From Chiloscyllium plagiosum (Eukaryota), in contig NC_057719.1 of the NCBI RefSeq assembly GCF_004010195.1, positions 26,874,418-26,938,417 on the forward strand: a stretch of DNA of 64,000 nt, in the 5' to 3' direction. A model generated the notes under the pieces. The model was not told where the DNA came from. It did no database searches and saw nothing but the letters and a program-made list of their open reading frames with translations. Below are positions 1-12,212 of the stretch, piece after piece. Numbering within the stretch: position 1 is the stretch's first letter; each line of letters opens with the position of its first letter. The position numbers and the translations under genes are program-made.

Positions 1-190
1 GAAAGGTTTTAAACAGTAAGAGAGGAGTAACTGTTTCCAGTGGCAGTAATCAGAGGATTCAGGTTTAAGATAACTGACAAGAACCAGAGGAAAAGGTGAT
101 ATGCAATGAGTTAGCTGGAATACACAACTTGCAGGGCAATAGAAGCAGCATCTGTGATACCATTCAAAACAGATTTGGGTAAATACTTGA
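1..190 (+). mobile_element. CR1 LINE 3' fragment, decayed
   Basis: Resembles the CR1 ORF2 C-terminus/3' end seen in better copies in this window (e.g. 44950-45200). Confidence 0.5.
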
Positions 191-891
191 AAAAAATAAT
201 TCTTGACGTATGTACCTGACCTATTTCAGATCTGTATTAATTTATTTTGGTTATAACGTTGAAATAACATTTGCTTTCAGTAGTCCTACTCTTTTTTTTA
301 ATCAACTTTTGATTTAAAAATAAATTACTTTGCAATCTCATGCCTAGTTCCTTAATGCAATGATTTTAGGTTTGACCAGTTCATCAATTATCTCCTAACT
401 ATTTGTAATCTTAACTGCCTTGCTTTTTTTTAAAGCTCTTCTTCTGTTAGATCATCTTGTTAATCTACCTGGTAAAACAAAGACAAAATAATTCTTCAAC
501 GTTGCTGCTGTTTCACTGTTTGTTGTACTGTGAAAGATATTTCAAACATTGAAATGTATTTCTATGATTTTTACCATGTTCATGATGTAACATTTCTAAG
601 CTGTTTCTTGAAGGAATTAGCAACACGTTCTTTGAGTTAAATGTGAGTTTATGGTGAGAAGGCTCAGATTGACTAAAAAAGGAAAGCCAGAAATTGGTAG
701 GCAGCAGCCTCTGGGTCAAAGTGTTACACAAGTAAGGCATCAAAATATTTTTTGTACTTGTTTTAAAAGAAACCTATTTCAGAAGAGATCAGTGAGGCCA
801 CTTTAGCTCAATGGTGGCTTGCGATTGACAGGGTGTATGAATGGAGATGAAGAAATGGCAGATCCGTGTAAGAATATGTGCAGAATAAGCA

Positions 892-1098
892 TGATGTGGA
901 GGTGCCGATGTTGGACTGGGGTGTACAAAGTTAAAAATCACACAACACCAGGTTATAGTCCAGCAGGTTTATTTGGAAGCACTAGCTTTCAGAGCACTGC
1001 TCCTTCATCAGGTCCTGATAAAGGAGCAGTGCTTTGAAAGTTATTACTTCCAAATAAACCTGCTGGACTATAATTTGGTTTTGTGTGATTTTTAATTT
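892..1098. mobile_element. Penelope pLTR-derived fold-back insert, two HHR motifs head-to-head
   Basis: Inverted arms centred on 1013 (cagg-t-cctg). TSD agaataagca at 882-891 and 1099-1108. Same family as the pLTRs at 24543 and 27130-27330. Confidence 0.85.
980..1013 (-). ncRNA. Minimal type I hammerhead ribozyme motif (GGAGC family)
   Basis: Minus strand reads ac-CTGATGA-a-ggagc agt gctct-GAAA-gc-TA-gtg. The partner arm (1015-1045) is decayed (CTGATAA). Confidence 0.7.
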
Positions 1099-2679
1099 AG
1101 AATAAGCAAACCAATGTTTGTGTATATTATGGATAGTTTGAGAGAGTGGAATAGTCTGCAGGATAGAAATTCAAATTAAACATATAGATGCTTGATCTTC
1201 TACCAGTTACATGATTATCTTCCAGAAGGTGTGTGCCCTGTACAGAGTCTATTGCATCAGTGGGTGGGAGAGATGATCCTCACAGAACAGCACCAAGAGG
1301 CTCTTGTGGCATCTCTGATTCTTTTTTTTTTAAGAAGACATTTGCTCATGGAACCCAGATTTTGCTAGCTCGGCTAGCACTTGTTTCCCAGAGAGTAGTT
1401 TGCTATGGATATGGAGTCACAGATCAGACCAGGCTAGGACAGCAGATTTCCTTTCCTAAAGGATATCAGTGAACTAATAGATTTTTACAATAATTGACAG
1501 TGATTACATGGTTACCATTAGGCTGGCTTTGAAGTCCAGATTTTTCTTTAATTCAATTCACATTTCACTATCTGCTGCAGTGGAACTGAACCAATGTTCC
1601 CAGCACATTAGCCTGAGATTTTGGATTACTTACTCATCATTGTGATACCACCTCCATTTTATTCTGATAAGAATCAGACAAACAAACTATTTTAAGAAGA
1701 TAATTCAAATATTTTAATGTTTTTAACTCAATGTGTTGAGAGAAGCTGTTACACATCTCTTGAGCAGATAGGATGAACCCAGATCTCTTGGCTCAGAGGT
1801 AGAGTCACTGCTGCTATATTACAAGAGTCCCTGAGAATTCAACCTTTTTTAATGGTTGTTGCTGTCTTTCCTGCGTTACCCATTACCGATTACCACAATT
1901 CTGAGATGATTTAAAGTGCAGACTTTCTCCATTTCTCCTGTTATAGAAATTTCAATTGTCTCGTTCATTGTGATTGAAAGGACACATCTGTTGAGTGTTA
2001 TTCATTCAGGGTGACAATCAGATATTTGAAATTTGAAACATTGCCTATTTTAGATGATTTCTAATTGTTATGACATGGGTTAAACTCTCCTGTTTAATTT
2101 AGAACCAGCAGCACAGAAAATATTTATCCCATGCATTAATGTGTGAAACTTCAAGTGGCCAAGAACTATTTAAAGTAAAAATTAACACTTTATTTCTTAA
2201 AGTACAGCAGAGAATAATTAACTAACAACTATGTACAAGTCCTTTCTCGAACCTATCTTTTACCTTCCATTCTATAATACTAGTCCGATAAAACTCCCAA
2301 TTAAGACTTACAAAACAACACTAATTATCTCAAAACAAGGCAGCTTTTGTATTTTATATTTAGATCTTCCTCTGTTTTCTTCTTAGGAATTTTTGCGTCA
2401 TAGGTTATTGATTGAAAAGCTCCCTTTAAGGGAGCTATTTTTCAGGCAGCCTTTTATTCGCTGGGGCTTGGCTGTTCTCCTCCCAACTGTTCAATTTTCC
2501 CCTGGTCTTATACCCCAGAACATCGGATTGTGTCATTGGCTTTTAAGATTGTCAATACACTCTTTGGAAACTGGTATTTTTTCAGGGAATAACGTAACCT
2601 GATTGGCCTAATTTGAATCTGTTTTTTGTTGTTTCCAGGCAACCAGTTACTCCTGTAGCCTGAGCTCATGTTACATTGT

Positions 2680-2860
2680 CCAGATTAGAGTAGTGCTGGT
2701 CTCTCTACCCTGGAGGCTCCCTGCCTTCAGTCCTGATGAAGGGCTTTTGCCCGAAATGTCGATTTTCCCGCTCCTTGGATGCTGTCTGACCTGCTGTGCT
2801 TTTCCAGCACCACTCTAAACTAGACTCTGATTTCCAGCATCTGCAGTCCTCACTTTTGCC
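2680..2860 (+). mobile_element. Short HHR-bearing PLE-derived insert inside the solo LTR
   Basis: 13 bp TSD catgttacattgt at 2667-2679 and 2861-2873. First 20 bp are an inverted copy of an internal segment. Confidence 0.85.
2729..2764 (+). ncRNA. Minimal type I hammerhead ribozyme motif (GGGC family)
   Basis: agtc-CTGATGA-a-gggc tttt gccc-GAAA-tg-TC-gatt. Stem I agtc/gatt; predicted cleavage after 2760. Confidence 0.75.
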
Positions 2861-3530
2861 CATGTTACATTGTGTCTTATTGAGAACACTTGGTGCTATC
2901 ACTGCCAACTTTTAACTCTCTTAAAAGGTATAGTTCACCCTCAACTTCATAACACTAATCAACCCATAGAGAGATGTTACAGCATACCTCTGGAGCAGGT
3001 GAGACTTGACCCCAGGCCACCTGGCTCAGAGATAGGTACACTGCCACTGTGCCACAGGAGCTCCTGAGAATTCAGGTATTGACGGTGGAAAATAATCTCC
3101 ATCACGTGATGAAGAGTTAAATCACTTGTGCAACATGAACTCTCAAACATCTAATGCTCAGACCTAAAGGAGTGCAGGTGACAGCTTTACCAAGGGTAAT
3201 ATGGTGGAGAGAGGAAGAAATGGACTGAGGAAAAAGGCGTTATATTTGAAGGTGAGAGTGACAATGAGTAGGTCGGTTGATGTGAATTACCAGAAATGGA
3301 CGGCCCAGGATTGAAAGTGAAGAAATCATGGAAGTCATGTTGGAAATTATACTTTTTAGCATTTCTTGGGATGCAGGGGTCACTGGTTATGCCAGCATTT
3401 GCTTCCCATTCCTTAGAGCCCTTGAAATGAGTAACTTGCTTGGTCATTTCAGAGTCCGTTTAAAAGTCATCTACATTATTGTGCATCTTGAATCACGTGT
3501 AGTCATGACCAAGTAAAAACAGCTGGTTTC

Positions 3531-3800
3531 TTAGATTAGATTACTTACAGTGTGGAAACAGGCCCTTCGGCCCAACAAGTCCACACTCCGAAGAGCAACT
3601 CACCCAGATACAATCCCCTACATTTACCCCTTACCTAACACTACGGGCAATTTAGCATGGCCAATTCACCTAACCTGCACATCTTTGGACTGTGGGAGGA
3701 AACCGGAGCACCTGGAGGAAACCCACGCAGAGGCGGGAATTGAACCTGGGTCTTTGGCACTGTGAGGCAGCAGTGCTAACCACTGTGCCATCGTGCCGCC
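3531..3800 (-). mobile_element. HE1-type (V-SINE) tRNA-derived SINE
   Basis: Minus strand starts ggcggcacgatggcacagtggttagcactgctgcctcacag, has the central gtttcctcccacagtccaaagatgtgcagg block and an (aatct)n tail. Inserted in an older repeat (about 3370-3830). Confidence 0.9.
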
Positions 3801-4216
3801 CACCGTTTCCTTCCCTAAAGAAGGCTATTGGAACCGTGGATTGGTCTGAGAATTGATGATTTGAGGGGAGAGCTTTCCTTAGGGGTCGATGCAGAACAAA
3901 AGGGGAAACATGAACGTGTCTGTTCATGGATTGAAGGAAGTAATCGTTAATGACTTTGTGGTTGAGAGGAGTGCCCGTCAGTTTGGCATGATTGAATATG
4001 AAGAATAAGGCAAGGAAGCATAGGAGAGTAGTGAATTCAAAGGAACGAGGGGAAAATGAGCTACACTGGACAGGGACATGATTTTATCTTCAGTATTGTG
4101 ATTATCATGATGCTCTTGTTAAACCAAAAGGACATTCTGCCTGCAACATAAATGAGTAATATAGTGTATGAATTTCAGTGCCAGTGTGATGCTAGGTGGT
4201 AGGCGGTATATTCTGA

Positions 4217-4485
4217 TGGCAGGGACAGCTCAGTGGTTAGCACTGCTTCCTTACAACACTACGGACCTGGGTTTGAGTCTACCCTTGGGCGACTGTCTGT
4301 GTGGGTTTCCTCTGGGTGTTCCGGTTTCCTCCTCTCGTCCAAAGATGTGCAGGTCAGGTGAATTGGCCATGGGAAATGCAGGGTTACAGGGATAGTATAG
4401 GGGGGTGAGCTTGGGTGGGATGCTGTTCAGAGAGGCAGTGTGGACTCGATGGGCCGAATGGCATGTAGAGGTTCTGTGAATTCTA
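4217..4485 (+). mobile_element. HE1-type SINE, older
   Basis: ggcagggacagctcagtggttagcactgc head, conserved central block and CR1-like tail. Confidence 0.8.
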
Positions 4486-5355
4486 GATCAACTCAAATAA
4501 CAAATCTCTTTGCAACAAGCCAAGGTATTAACTGTGCTCGACTAGTCTGTGCCTTCAAATTTCACACCAATGTATCCAACATTAGTTGTACTGTGATTGG
4601 ACAACATCTGCTACAGAAACCTGAGTGCTTACAGAACCATGCTGACAGCCATTTGTCAGTCTGGCTGGTGCCTTGTGAAAGCTGCATATGTTAATACGGG
4701 AGTGTGTACTTTGCTGACAGAGCGTGTGCACACACTGCATCTGTTACAACCTGACATCTGTTTTCAGATTCACTTCACAGGCAATGTCTTCACTTGCCTT
4801 GGTTAAAATTTAAATAAAGCTAGTCAGATAATTGTTAGCCGTCATTAATTGGTGCAATCCCCATGGCTACAGTGCTACCAATCAGAGACTACTTGCCAAC
4901 CAATCAATACCCGCTTCTCATACAGTGTGAATGTTATTTTCCCATCAGTATTTCTGAAGAACTGTCCTTCTGAATGCAGGCTGTAAAGCTTAAACATAAT
5001 GTATCTCTTTTCAGCTGTACTTGAGCTCTCAACTATGAAATGAGTCTGTTATCTTCAGTTTTTCCTCATTGTATGTGGCCAGTTTCAGATCATGGGATAA
5101 GTTAGAACTAGATTAGATTAGATTATATTACAGTGTGGAAACAGGCCCTTCGGCCCAACAAGTCCACACCAACCCGCTGAAGCGCAACCCACCCATACCC
5201 CTACATTTACCCCTTACCTAACAATACGGGCAATTTAGCATGGCCAATTCACCTGACCTGCACATCTTTGGACTGTGGGAGGAAACCCACGCAGACACGG
5301 GGAGAAAGTGCAAACTCACACAGTCAGTCGCCTGAGGAGGGAATGGAACCTGGGT

Positions 5356-5576
5356 TGAAAATGTGTTGCTGGAACAGCGCAGCAGGTCAGGCAGCATCCA
5401 GGGAACAGGAGAATCGACGTTTCGGGCATAAGCCATTCTTCAGGAAGTCCTGAAGAAGGGCTTATGCCCGAAACGTCGATTCTCCTGTTCCCTGGATGCT
5501 GCCTGACCTGCTGCGCTGTTCCAGCAACACATTTTCAGCTCTGATCTCCAGCATCTGCAGTCCTCACTTTCTCCTC
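5356..5576. mobile_element. Young HHR fold-back element (90 bp arms, 2 nt loop)
   Basis: Arms 5356-5445 and 5448-5537 are reverse complements with one visible mismatch (5435). 14 bp TSD aatggaacctgggt at 5342-5355 and 5577-5590. Confidence 0.92.
5446..5481 (+). ncRNA. Minimal type I hammerhead ribozyme motif (GGGC family)
   Basis: agtc-CTGAAGA-a-gggc ttat gccc-GAAA-cg-TC-gatt. Palindromic ACGT at loop 3. Mirror copy on the minus strand at 5412-5447. Confidence 0.8.
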
Positions 5577-5861
5577 AATGGAACCTGGGTCTCTGGCGCT
5601 ATGAGGCAGCAGTGCTAACCACTGTGCCACCGTGCCGCCCACAATTAATATACAGAAATGAAATACTGAGGTTGGAAATCTGAAGTAAATAAATAAAAAA
5701 CCTGGAAAACGCTCGAAGTCTGGCAGCACGTGTGGAGCGAGAAATAAAGTTAACATTTTATGTCTGTGAACTTGTGTGAGAAGTGATTAAATATATGATG
5801 AAGATGAGAAACCTGAAACTTTTACTTTATTTCTCTTTCCTCAGCAGGTAGTCCTGCTCAG

Positions 5862-6704
5862 TGTTTCAAGGATTTTCTGATGCAATTAATATCTAAGAAA
5901 TTCAACTGAATTATTAAATAGAAACAGGAATTAAATGTACACATTTCAAAATGATTCAGAAGATTAAGGTTAATTAAAGAGAAGGATATGTGAGTGTTCA
6001 GAGCCTTTCTGGAATACGCTGTTTTGTTTTGAGCAATGAGCCTCAGGAATGATTTGGATACTATGGCTTTAAGTGGTGTAATTTGTCCTGGTTTTTGTTG
6101 AAGAGTGTTTTTGAGCCATAGGTGTAGAGCTGTCTGGTCCAAGCCGATAAAATAAACTGCTTGCGAGGCCTTAGGGATTTTTTTCTAGATTGGAATTATA
6201 GAAGCACACCAATGGGTGGAGTCATGATCCCACAGAATCAGAATTTTAGCTGAGCTTTCAGCGGTTATTGGAGTTTTGAAGTTGACTGTGGGGGCTCTCT
6301 CTTTTTCTCTCTCGCTTTACCCGGAGTTTCTTTCTATTATAGCTAAAAGCTTGGGTTCTCTTTGTGCTGCCAGAATTGCATGTGAGAAAATCTGTTTTAC
6401 TGACTTCGCCTTTGCCAAGGGTGTGTTTATGGGATGTCACTATATTGGAACAGTTGCTGTTTGGTATTTAAGTAATTTATTATTGTTAAGTTTTCAAATC
6501 AGGTTATGTTATTCAAATTTTTCATTCTTTTGTTTGTATTTTAATTGTGACTAAGAATAAAGTGTGTTTTGCTGAAAGCCGATTAGTATGAGTTATCAAA
6601 TTAAATCTGGAACACATCAACTTACACTTGTCTTTAAAAATGATAAACGTTAACCTAAAGCCTATCTCCTTGATATATTTGGGGGGATTGGTCTGATGAA
6701 CAGC
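5862..6704. mobile_element. Probable LTR relic
   Basis: LTR-like composition with an internal AATAAA. Boundaries approximate; no TSD found. Confidence 0.35.
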
Positions 6705-6709
6705 ACATC

Positions 6710-7010
6710 ATGTAGCACAGATCCATCAGAATGATACCAATTCTTGAAGGATTAAATTATGAGGATAGGTTGCTTAAATATGGCTTGTATTCTGCTAACC
6801 TTAGAAGGTTAGGAGGTGACCTAATTGAGGTATTTATAATAGAATTCTATAGGATAGACACAGCTGGGGAAACTGTTTCATCTGGTTGAGGAGTAAAAAA
6901 ACAAATTGACAGCCAATTTTAAGGTTATTTAAAAATGAAACTTGAAAGCAGCTTTTCATATAAAGAATAATAAAAATCTGAAACTCTCTTCTAAAGGTTT
7001 TGGATGCTGG
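6710..7010 (+). mobile_element. CR1 LINE 3' fragment, decayed
   Basis: agaaggttaggaggtgacctaattgaggta encodes RRLGGDLIEV, a CR1 ORF2 C-terminal motif. Confidence 0.7.
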
Positions 7011-7389
7011 ATGAATTTATAGAATCACAATTGTTATGGTGCAGGTGGGGTCCGTTCAGTCTGTTGTGTCCACACTGTCTCTCTGAGCATTTAAACTTGC
7101 CGTCAAACTACTGCCTTTGCCCTGTAACCTTGTACTTTGGACTGAGTCTCCTGTTTTGTTTGTGAAGTGCCAGTTGAGTCCAGGTTATGGAAGGAAATTC
7201 TCCACAAGCTCTGGCTACATTTCTCATCATATCTTACCAAATCTCATTAACTATCTATCTCACCTGTACAGACCCTCTTGTCTGATTCTGTCGCCACCTG
7301 ACCACTCACCACTCTCAGAACAACTGAATATTCAATGGATATCTATCGGAAGACTGGGTACAAGTTGCGCATGTGCCTTATTTTAAAAG

Positions 7390-8700
7390 GGCCATAAGAT
7401 GTAGGAGCAGAAGAAGGCCATTCAGCCCATTGAGTCTGCTTTGCCATTTAATGAGATCATGACTGATCTGATAATCCTCAATCCGACTTTCCTGCCTTTT
7501 CCTCATAACCCTTGATTTCCTTACTGATAAAAAAAAGTCTCTTTAAAGTTGAACATGCTTAATAACCCAGCCTCATTAGCCCTAAAGGTCAAGAATTCCA
7601 CAGATTTATAGCCTTCTGAGAGAAGACGTTCCTACTCCTTATCTCTGTCTTAAACATACCATCCCATATTCTGAGATTATGCCGTCTGGTCCTAGACTCT
7701 CCTACAAGAGGGGTCGGATTTTCTGCATCTGCCCTGTCAAGTTTGCTAAGAATCTTGATGTTTCAATAAAATAATCTATCATTTTTCTATATTCCAACGA
7801 ATACAGGTTCAAACTGCTAAATGTTATCGCATAAGAAAATCCATGCATAGCTGGGATAAACCTAGTGAACCTTCTTTGAACCGCCTCCAAAGCCAGAATA
7901 ACTTTCCTAAGATTAGGGTTCCAGAACTGTTCACAGTATTCCAGCTGTGATCTAATTTGTGCCTTGTATAATTTTAGCAAAATTATCTATTTTTATATTC
8001 GATTCCCTTTGAAATAAAGGCCAACATTCCATCCATCTTCCCTCTTGCCTTCTGAACATGCATGTGAGCTTTTTGAGATTTATGCACACAGATTCCCACT
8101 GGACTTCAACTTTCTACAGTCTTTCTCCATTTAACTGATATTCAATTCCTCTATTATTCCTGCCAAAATGTGTAAGCTTATATTTTCCCACATTATATTC
8201 CATTTGCCACATTTACGTCCTCCTCTGTAGACTGTCTATGTCCCTCTGCATCACCATCACCACTTGCCTTTTCTCACCTATTTTAGTGCTATCCACAAAC
8301 TTGGGGACCCTCCAACTCAGCACTGCCCTCTTGACCTGTCCTACCTGTCCATCTTCCTTCCCACCTATCGTTTCACCCTCCCCACCAATGTTGACTCTCC
8401 TGCTCCTCAGATGCTGCCTGACCTGCTGTGCTTTTCCAGTGCCCTACTTTTCGACTCCTTCCCTTTTTGAGTAAGGGTATTACATTGGCAGTTTTCAAAT
8501 CTCCTGGCATGTTTCCAGAATGTAAGCATTCTTGGAAGATAACTACCAGAGCACCCACTACCTCTGTGACTACTTTTTTATTATCCTAAAATGCATCCCA
8601 TTTGGTCAAAGACTTATCTGCTTTGCATCCAATTAGTTTCTTCTATTTTTTTTCTCTAGTGATAGCTATTGTATTTATTTCCTCTCCCCATTTTGCCCGA
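7390..8700 (-). mobile_element. CR1 LINE fragments, with a PLE 3' remnant at about 8320-8460
   Basis: ORF 7702-7980 LYKAQIRSQLEYCEQFWNPNLRK..LEAVQRRFTRFI, and ORF 8373-8558 PGDLKTANVIPLLKKG. Confidence 0.88.
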
Positions 8701-8842
8701 GAAGACCATTGACCATCTGCCATTGATTCTCACTGGCAACGTATAGTACCACTGCCACAAAGCAACCCTGCTGTATGCATGTAGCTGACACTCCCTGCCA
8801 CATACAATCTTATTCACTCACTGTAGTCACTGTTTTTAGTAT

Positions 8843-9168
8843 TTAGAATCCTTATAGTGTGGAAACAGGCCCTTTGGTCCAACAAGTCCACACCGACCCT
8901 CCGAAGAGTATCTCACGCAGACCCATTACCCTACATTTTCCCCTTACTAATGCACCTCGCCTATACATCCCTGAACACTATGGGCAATTTAGCATGGCCA
9001 ATTCACCTAACCTGCACATTTTTAGACTGTGGGAGGAAACCGGAGCACCCGGAGGAAACCTACGCAAGCACGGGGAGAATGTGCAAACTCCACACAGACA
9101 GTTGCCTGAGGCTGAAATAAAAGCCGGGTCCCTGGTGCTGTGAGGCAGCAGTGCTAACCACTGAACCA
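8843..9168 (-). mobile_element. HE1-type SINE
   Basis: Shared SINE head, core and tail. Confidence 0.88.
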
Positions 9169-9429
9169 CTGTTTTTGAATCACCATGCCACACAGTATAC
9201 CTGTCCTTAACCAAATCCTGTCTGAACATCCTGTCTAAGTCACTGCCACTTTGTCCCCACTACTCTCTGTGAATCTACATCTTGTCATTTTCTAGCAGAG
9301 GAACATACAGTGAAGCAATTGGATATTTTCAAACATGAGATTTTAATTATAGCCCACAAAAAATGAACACAAATGAAATAAATAGAGGTTGCAATTTGTA
9401 CACACAATGCAAAACAAATTGTGACTTAT

Positions 9430-9830
9430 GTCTATGTTACAGCCCATGGTCTGCTGCACATAACTCTTGTTTCTTGGAACAAGGTGTCAGTCAGGTTCTG
9501 TCTAGCTTGTAGCATCCAATGTAACTGAGCTATGTGATACACAGAGAGCTCTCTCTTCCCAGTGTTTGCATTCGCCTCCTCAGAAGACTGCTGTTGCTCT
9601 CCCAGTTCTGTAAAGTTTCTCACATTGTCTTGTCTGCTCCAATTATTGCAGAGCACGGCATCCAGGATGATGCAGCACACTCTGCCTGGATGACACTGGA
9701 GAGACCCCTAAATGTCCAAGCAGCAAGACTGTGTCTTCAGCTGCCCTACAGTCTGCTCCACCACGGTCCTGGTCACAGCATGTGCACCAACGTGGTGAAG
9801 GTGCTGCACCAGCTGAGTGACCAACACATT
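9430..9830 (-). mobile_element. Harbinger/PIF (HARBI1-like) transposase C-terminal relic
   Basis: Minus-strand translation HAVTRTVVEQTVGQLKTQSCCLDI*GSLQCHPGRVCCIILDAVLCNN resembles the DDE_Tnp_4 motif H...R..IE...G.LK.RF.CL....G.L...P......I..C..LHN. Confidence 0.7.
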
Positions 9831-11029
9831 ACAGCAAAACAAGGAGTGTTGCTGGGTTCTGACTCCCTTCCTATCCTAGACCCACAAATTCAGTACAATC
9901 CATTATCATACTTACATTGTCATATTTACATCACATACAATGTAATGATGTTCCCCTCGTCCCATAGCACTCTTGGAAGTTTCAGAAGTGATGGAATACT
10001 TGACCAATATTCATCTATTAACTCACTGACTCTAGCCTCTATTTCACTGAGATGCTAGTGTTAGATTTGCATCTCTACACATGCCTCTGCTTTTATCACA
10101 AACCTTGACTCCCTAACTACTTTTGGCAGGGATATTTCACTTTTCCCCTACACGTCTCTCTTTCCCCCATCCCATGTGTCTTTCCAGCGATGAACACATG
10201 GACCCCTAGGACTGTATTTGTCACAGGTCTCTGACCCATTTCAAACAGACCCTAGACATGACAGATCTGATATAGTTCCCCAGTGGATGATACACAGCTC
10301 AGCTGACTGCTAGTAGAGGCCCTGTTTGCTGATGACTAGACCACAGATTGTAGTCAGTCATATCTCCTGCCTGTGCCCAGTCTAGGTGGATGGCTGATTG
10401 ACTGTGGGCAAGCTCCTGGCCTGTGTGCAGACTGTGCCTGTGGCTGGCAGGAATTGCTGCTGAAACTGAGCAACTCTAGCAGCATCTGTGGGAAGAAAGC
10501 ACAGTTAACGTAGTTAACAGGTTGATTCAGTCACCAGACCTAATATGTGAACTCTGCTTTTTCTGCAAGGATAGCTGCGATATCTGCTGTGCTTCACCTG
10601 TAATTTGTTTTGTTTCAGATCTGCAATTCTTCATTTTAATGTTTGAAGTTCAGTATGACTCTTTTTCAGAACTATTTTATTGTCACTACCTGAATGGCAC
10701 CATTGGATTTTGGTTTTTCATATACTAAGAATTTTTAAGAAACATTCTTGTTAAATACTTAATCTTCTCTGCAATAAATATTTGTACAGTGAACAAATTA
10801 ATCTTCACATCAAACTAAACCTATTCTATTCTGTAGTTCAGTATTTTTGTAAACAAACATAGCTAAAATTGTCTCTAATTTTGATAGATTTTTCTCTAAA
10901 GTTTCATGTATACAAGATGGTTTTACAATTACACTGGTCCATAAAATTATGCACCGTAAACATTCATGAGGTTGGCACCACCTCGGACAAAGCAACCCAT
11001 TTTTGGCAATAGATCCACAAACATACATG

Positions 11030-11560
11030 CCTTTCACCACCAGCACACAGCAGCATAGTGGCAGTAGTGTGCATCATGCACAATGTGGAGGTGCCCGTGT
11101 TGGACCAGGGTGGACAAGATCAGAAGTCACATGGCCCCTGGTTATAGTCCAACAGGTTTCTTTGAAATCACAAGCTTTTGGAGAACTGCTCCTTTATTAG
11201 ATGATGTATGGCTTCTGAAAGATACACCTGCACAAGATACACAGTGGAAATTCACCATGGCTTTTCAGGCAGCATCTTCCAAACCCAGGACCACTATCAT
11301 TTAGATGGACAAGGTGAGCAGGTACATGGAAATGTTCCCTTTCAAAGCACAAACTATTCTGACTTGGAAAGATATTGCCATTCCTTTAGGGCTGCTGGGA
11401 AAAGATCCTAGAACTCGCTCCTAAACAGCAGTGTGAAGCTCCCTATACCAAATGGACTGCAGAGGTTCAAGAAGGCAGCTCATCAAAGCCTCCTCTTGGG
11501 CATCTAAGGATGGGGATTAAGCACTGGCCAAGCCTGCAAAGCCCACATTCCTTGTGAAAA
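11030..11560 (+). mobile_element. 3' fragment of a CR1/L2-group LINE with an embedded decayed Penelope pLTR (about 11083-11205)
   Basis: Similar to 39430-39846. The embedded part matches the 892-1012 pLTR with a decayed HHR. Confidence 0.7.
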
Positions 11561-11821
11561 AAAAACTGATACTACAGTGAAATGGAGTAATACTCCTCTC
11601 TCCTTCTCTGCATCAACACTACAGTTCTGGTATAAATACAACCTAATGCTATTTTCACAATGTAAATTATTCTTTAAGCAGTGAGTTATGCTGTGAATTA
11701 TTTAGTTGCTTTGACGGTGTTGTTTTCAGACAGTTGCATACAAAGAAGATTGTCTATAGACAGTAGTTACTGCACTTAGAATGATGGAAGAAAGATAAAT
11801 AAGTCTCCAGAATTCAATCAT

Positions 11822-12187
11822 AGCATAGAATTTCATAGAATAGAATCCCTACATTGTGGAAGCAAGCCATTCAGCCCATCAAGTTCACATCGACCCTCCA
11901 ACAAGCATCCCACCCAGACCCACACCCCCTACTCTATCCCTGTAACTCTGCATTTCCCATAACTAACCCACCTAGCTGCATATTTCTGGACACTATGGAC
12001 AATTTAACAGAGTTAATCCACCTAACCTGCATATCTTTGGACTGTGGAAGGAAACTGGAGCATTCAGAGGAAACCCAAGCAGCCATGGGGAGAATGTGCA
12101 AACTCCACACAGACAGTTGCTCGAGGGTGAAATTGAACCTGGGAGCGTGGTGCTTTGAGGCAGCAGTGCTAACCACTGAGCCACTGT
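11822..12187 (-). mobile_element. HE1-type SINE
   Basis: Shared SINE head, core and tail. Confidence 0.85.
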
Positions 12188-12212
12188 GTAGAGAAAATGC
12201 AAAACATTAAAT

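Larger units (their letters stand above)
2066..2954. mobile_element. Solo LTR
   Basis: Termini TGTTATGA...TCATAACA (inverted, TG..CA). Perfect 5 bp TSD ctaat at 2061-2065 and 2955-2959. Confidence 0.85.
5109..5640 (-). mobile_element. HE1-type SINE interrupted by an HHR fold-back insert
   Basis: Same head, core and tail as 3531-3800; split at 5355/5577. Confidence 0.9.

Noticed and set aside
5356..5537. pre-miRNA, intrinsic terminator or CRISPR-like repeat
   Set aside because: Eukaryotic context, TSD-flanked and multi-copy; better explained as a fold-back of a PLE-derived repeat. No repeat-spacer array anywhere in the window.
9534..10058. 174 aa plus-strand ORF as a novel gene
   Set aside because: It is antisense to a Harbinger transposase relic and has no recognisable domain.
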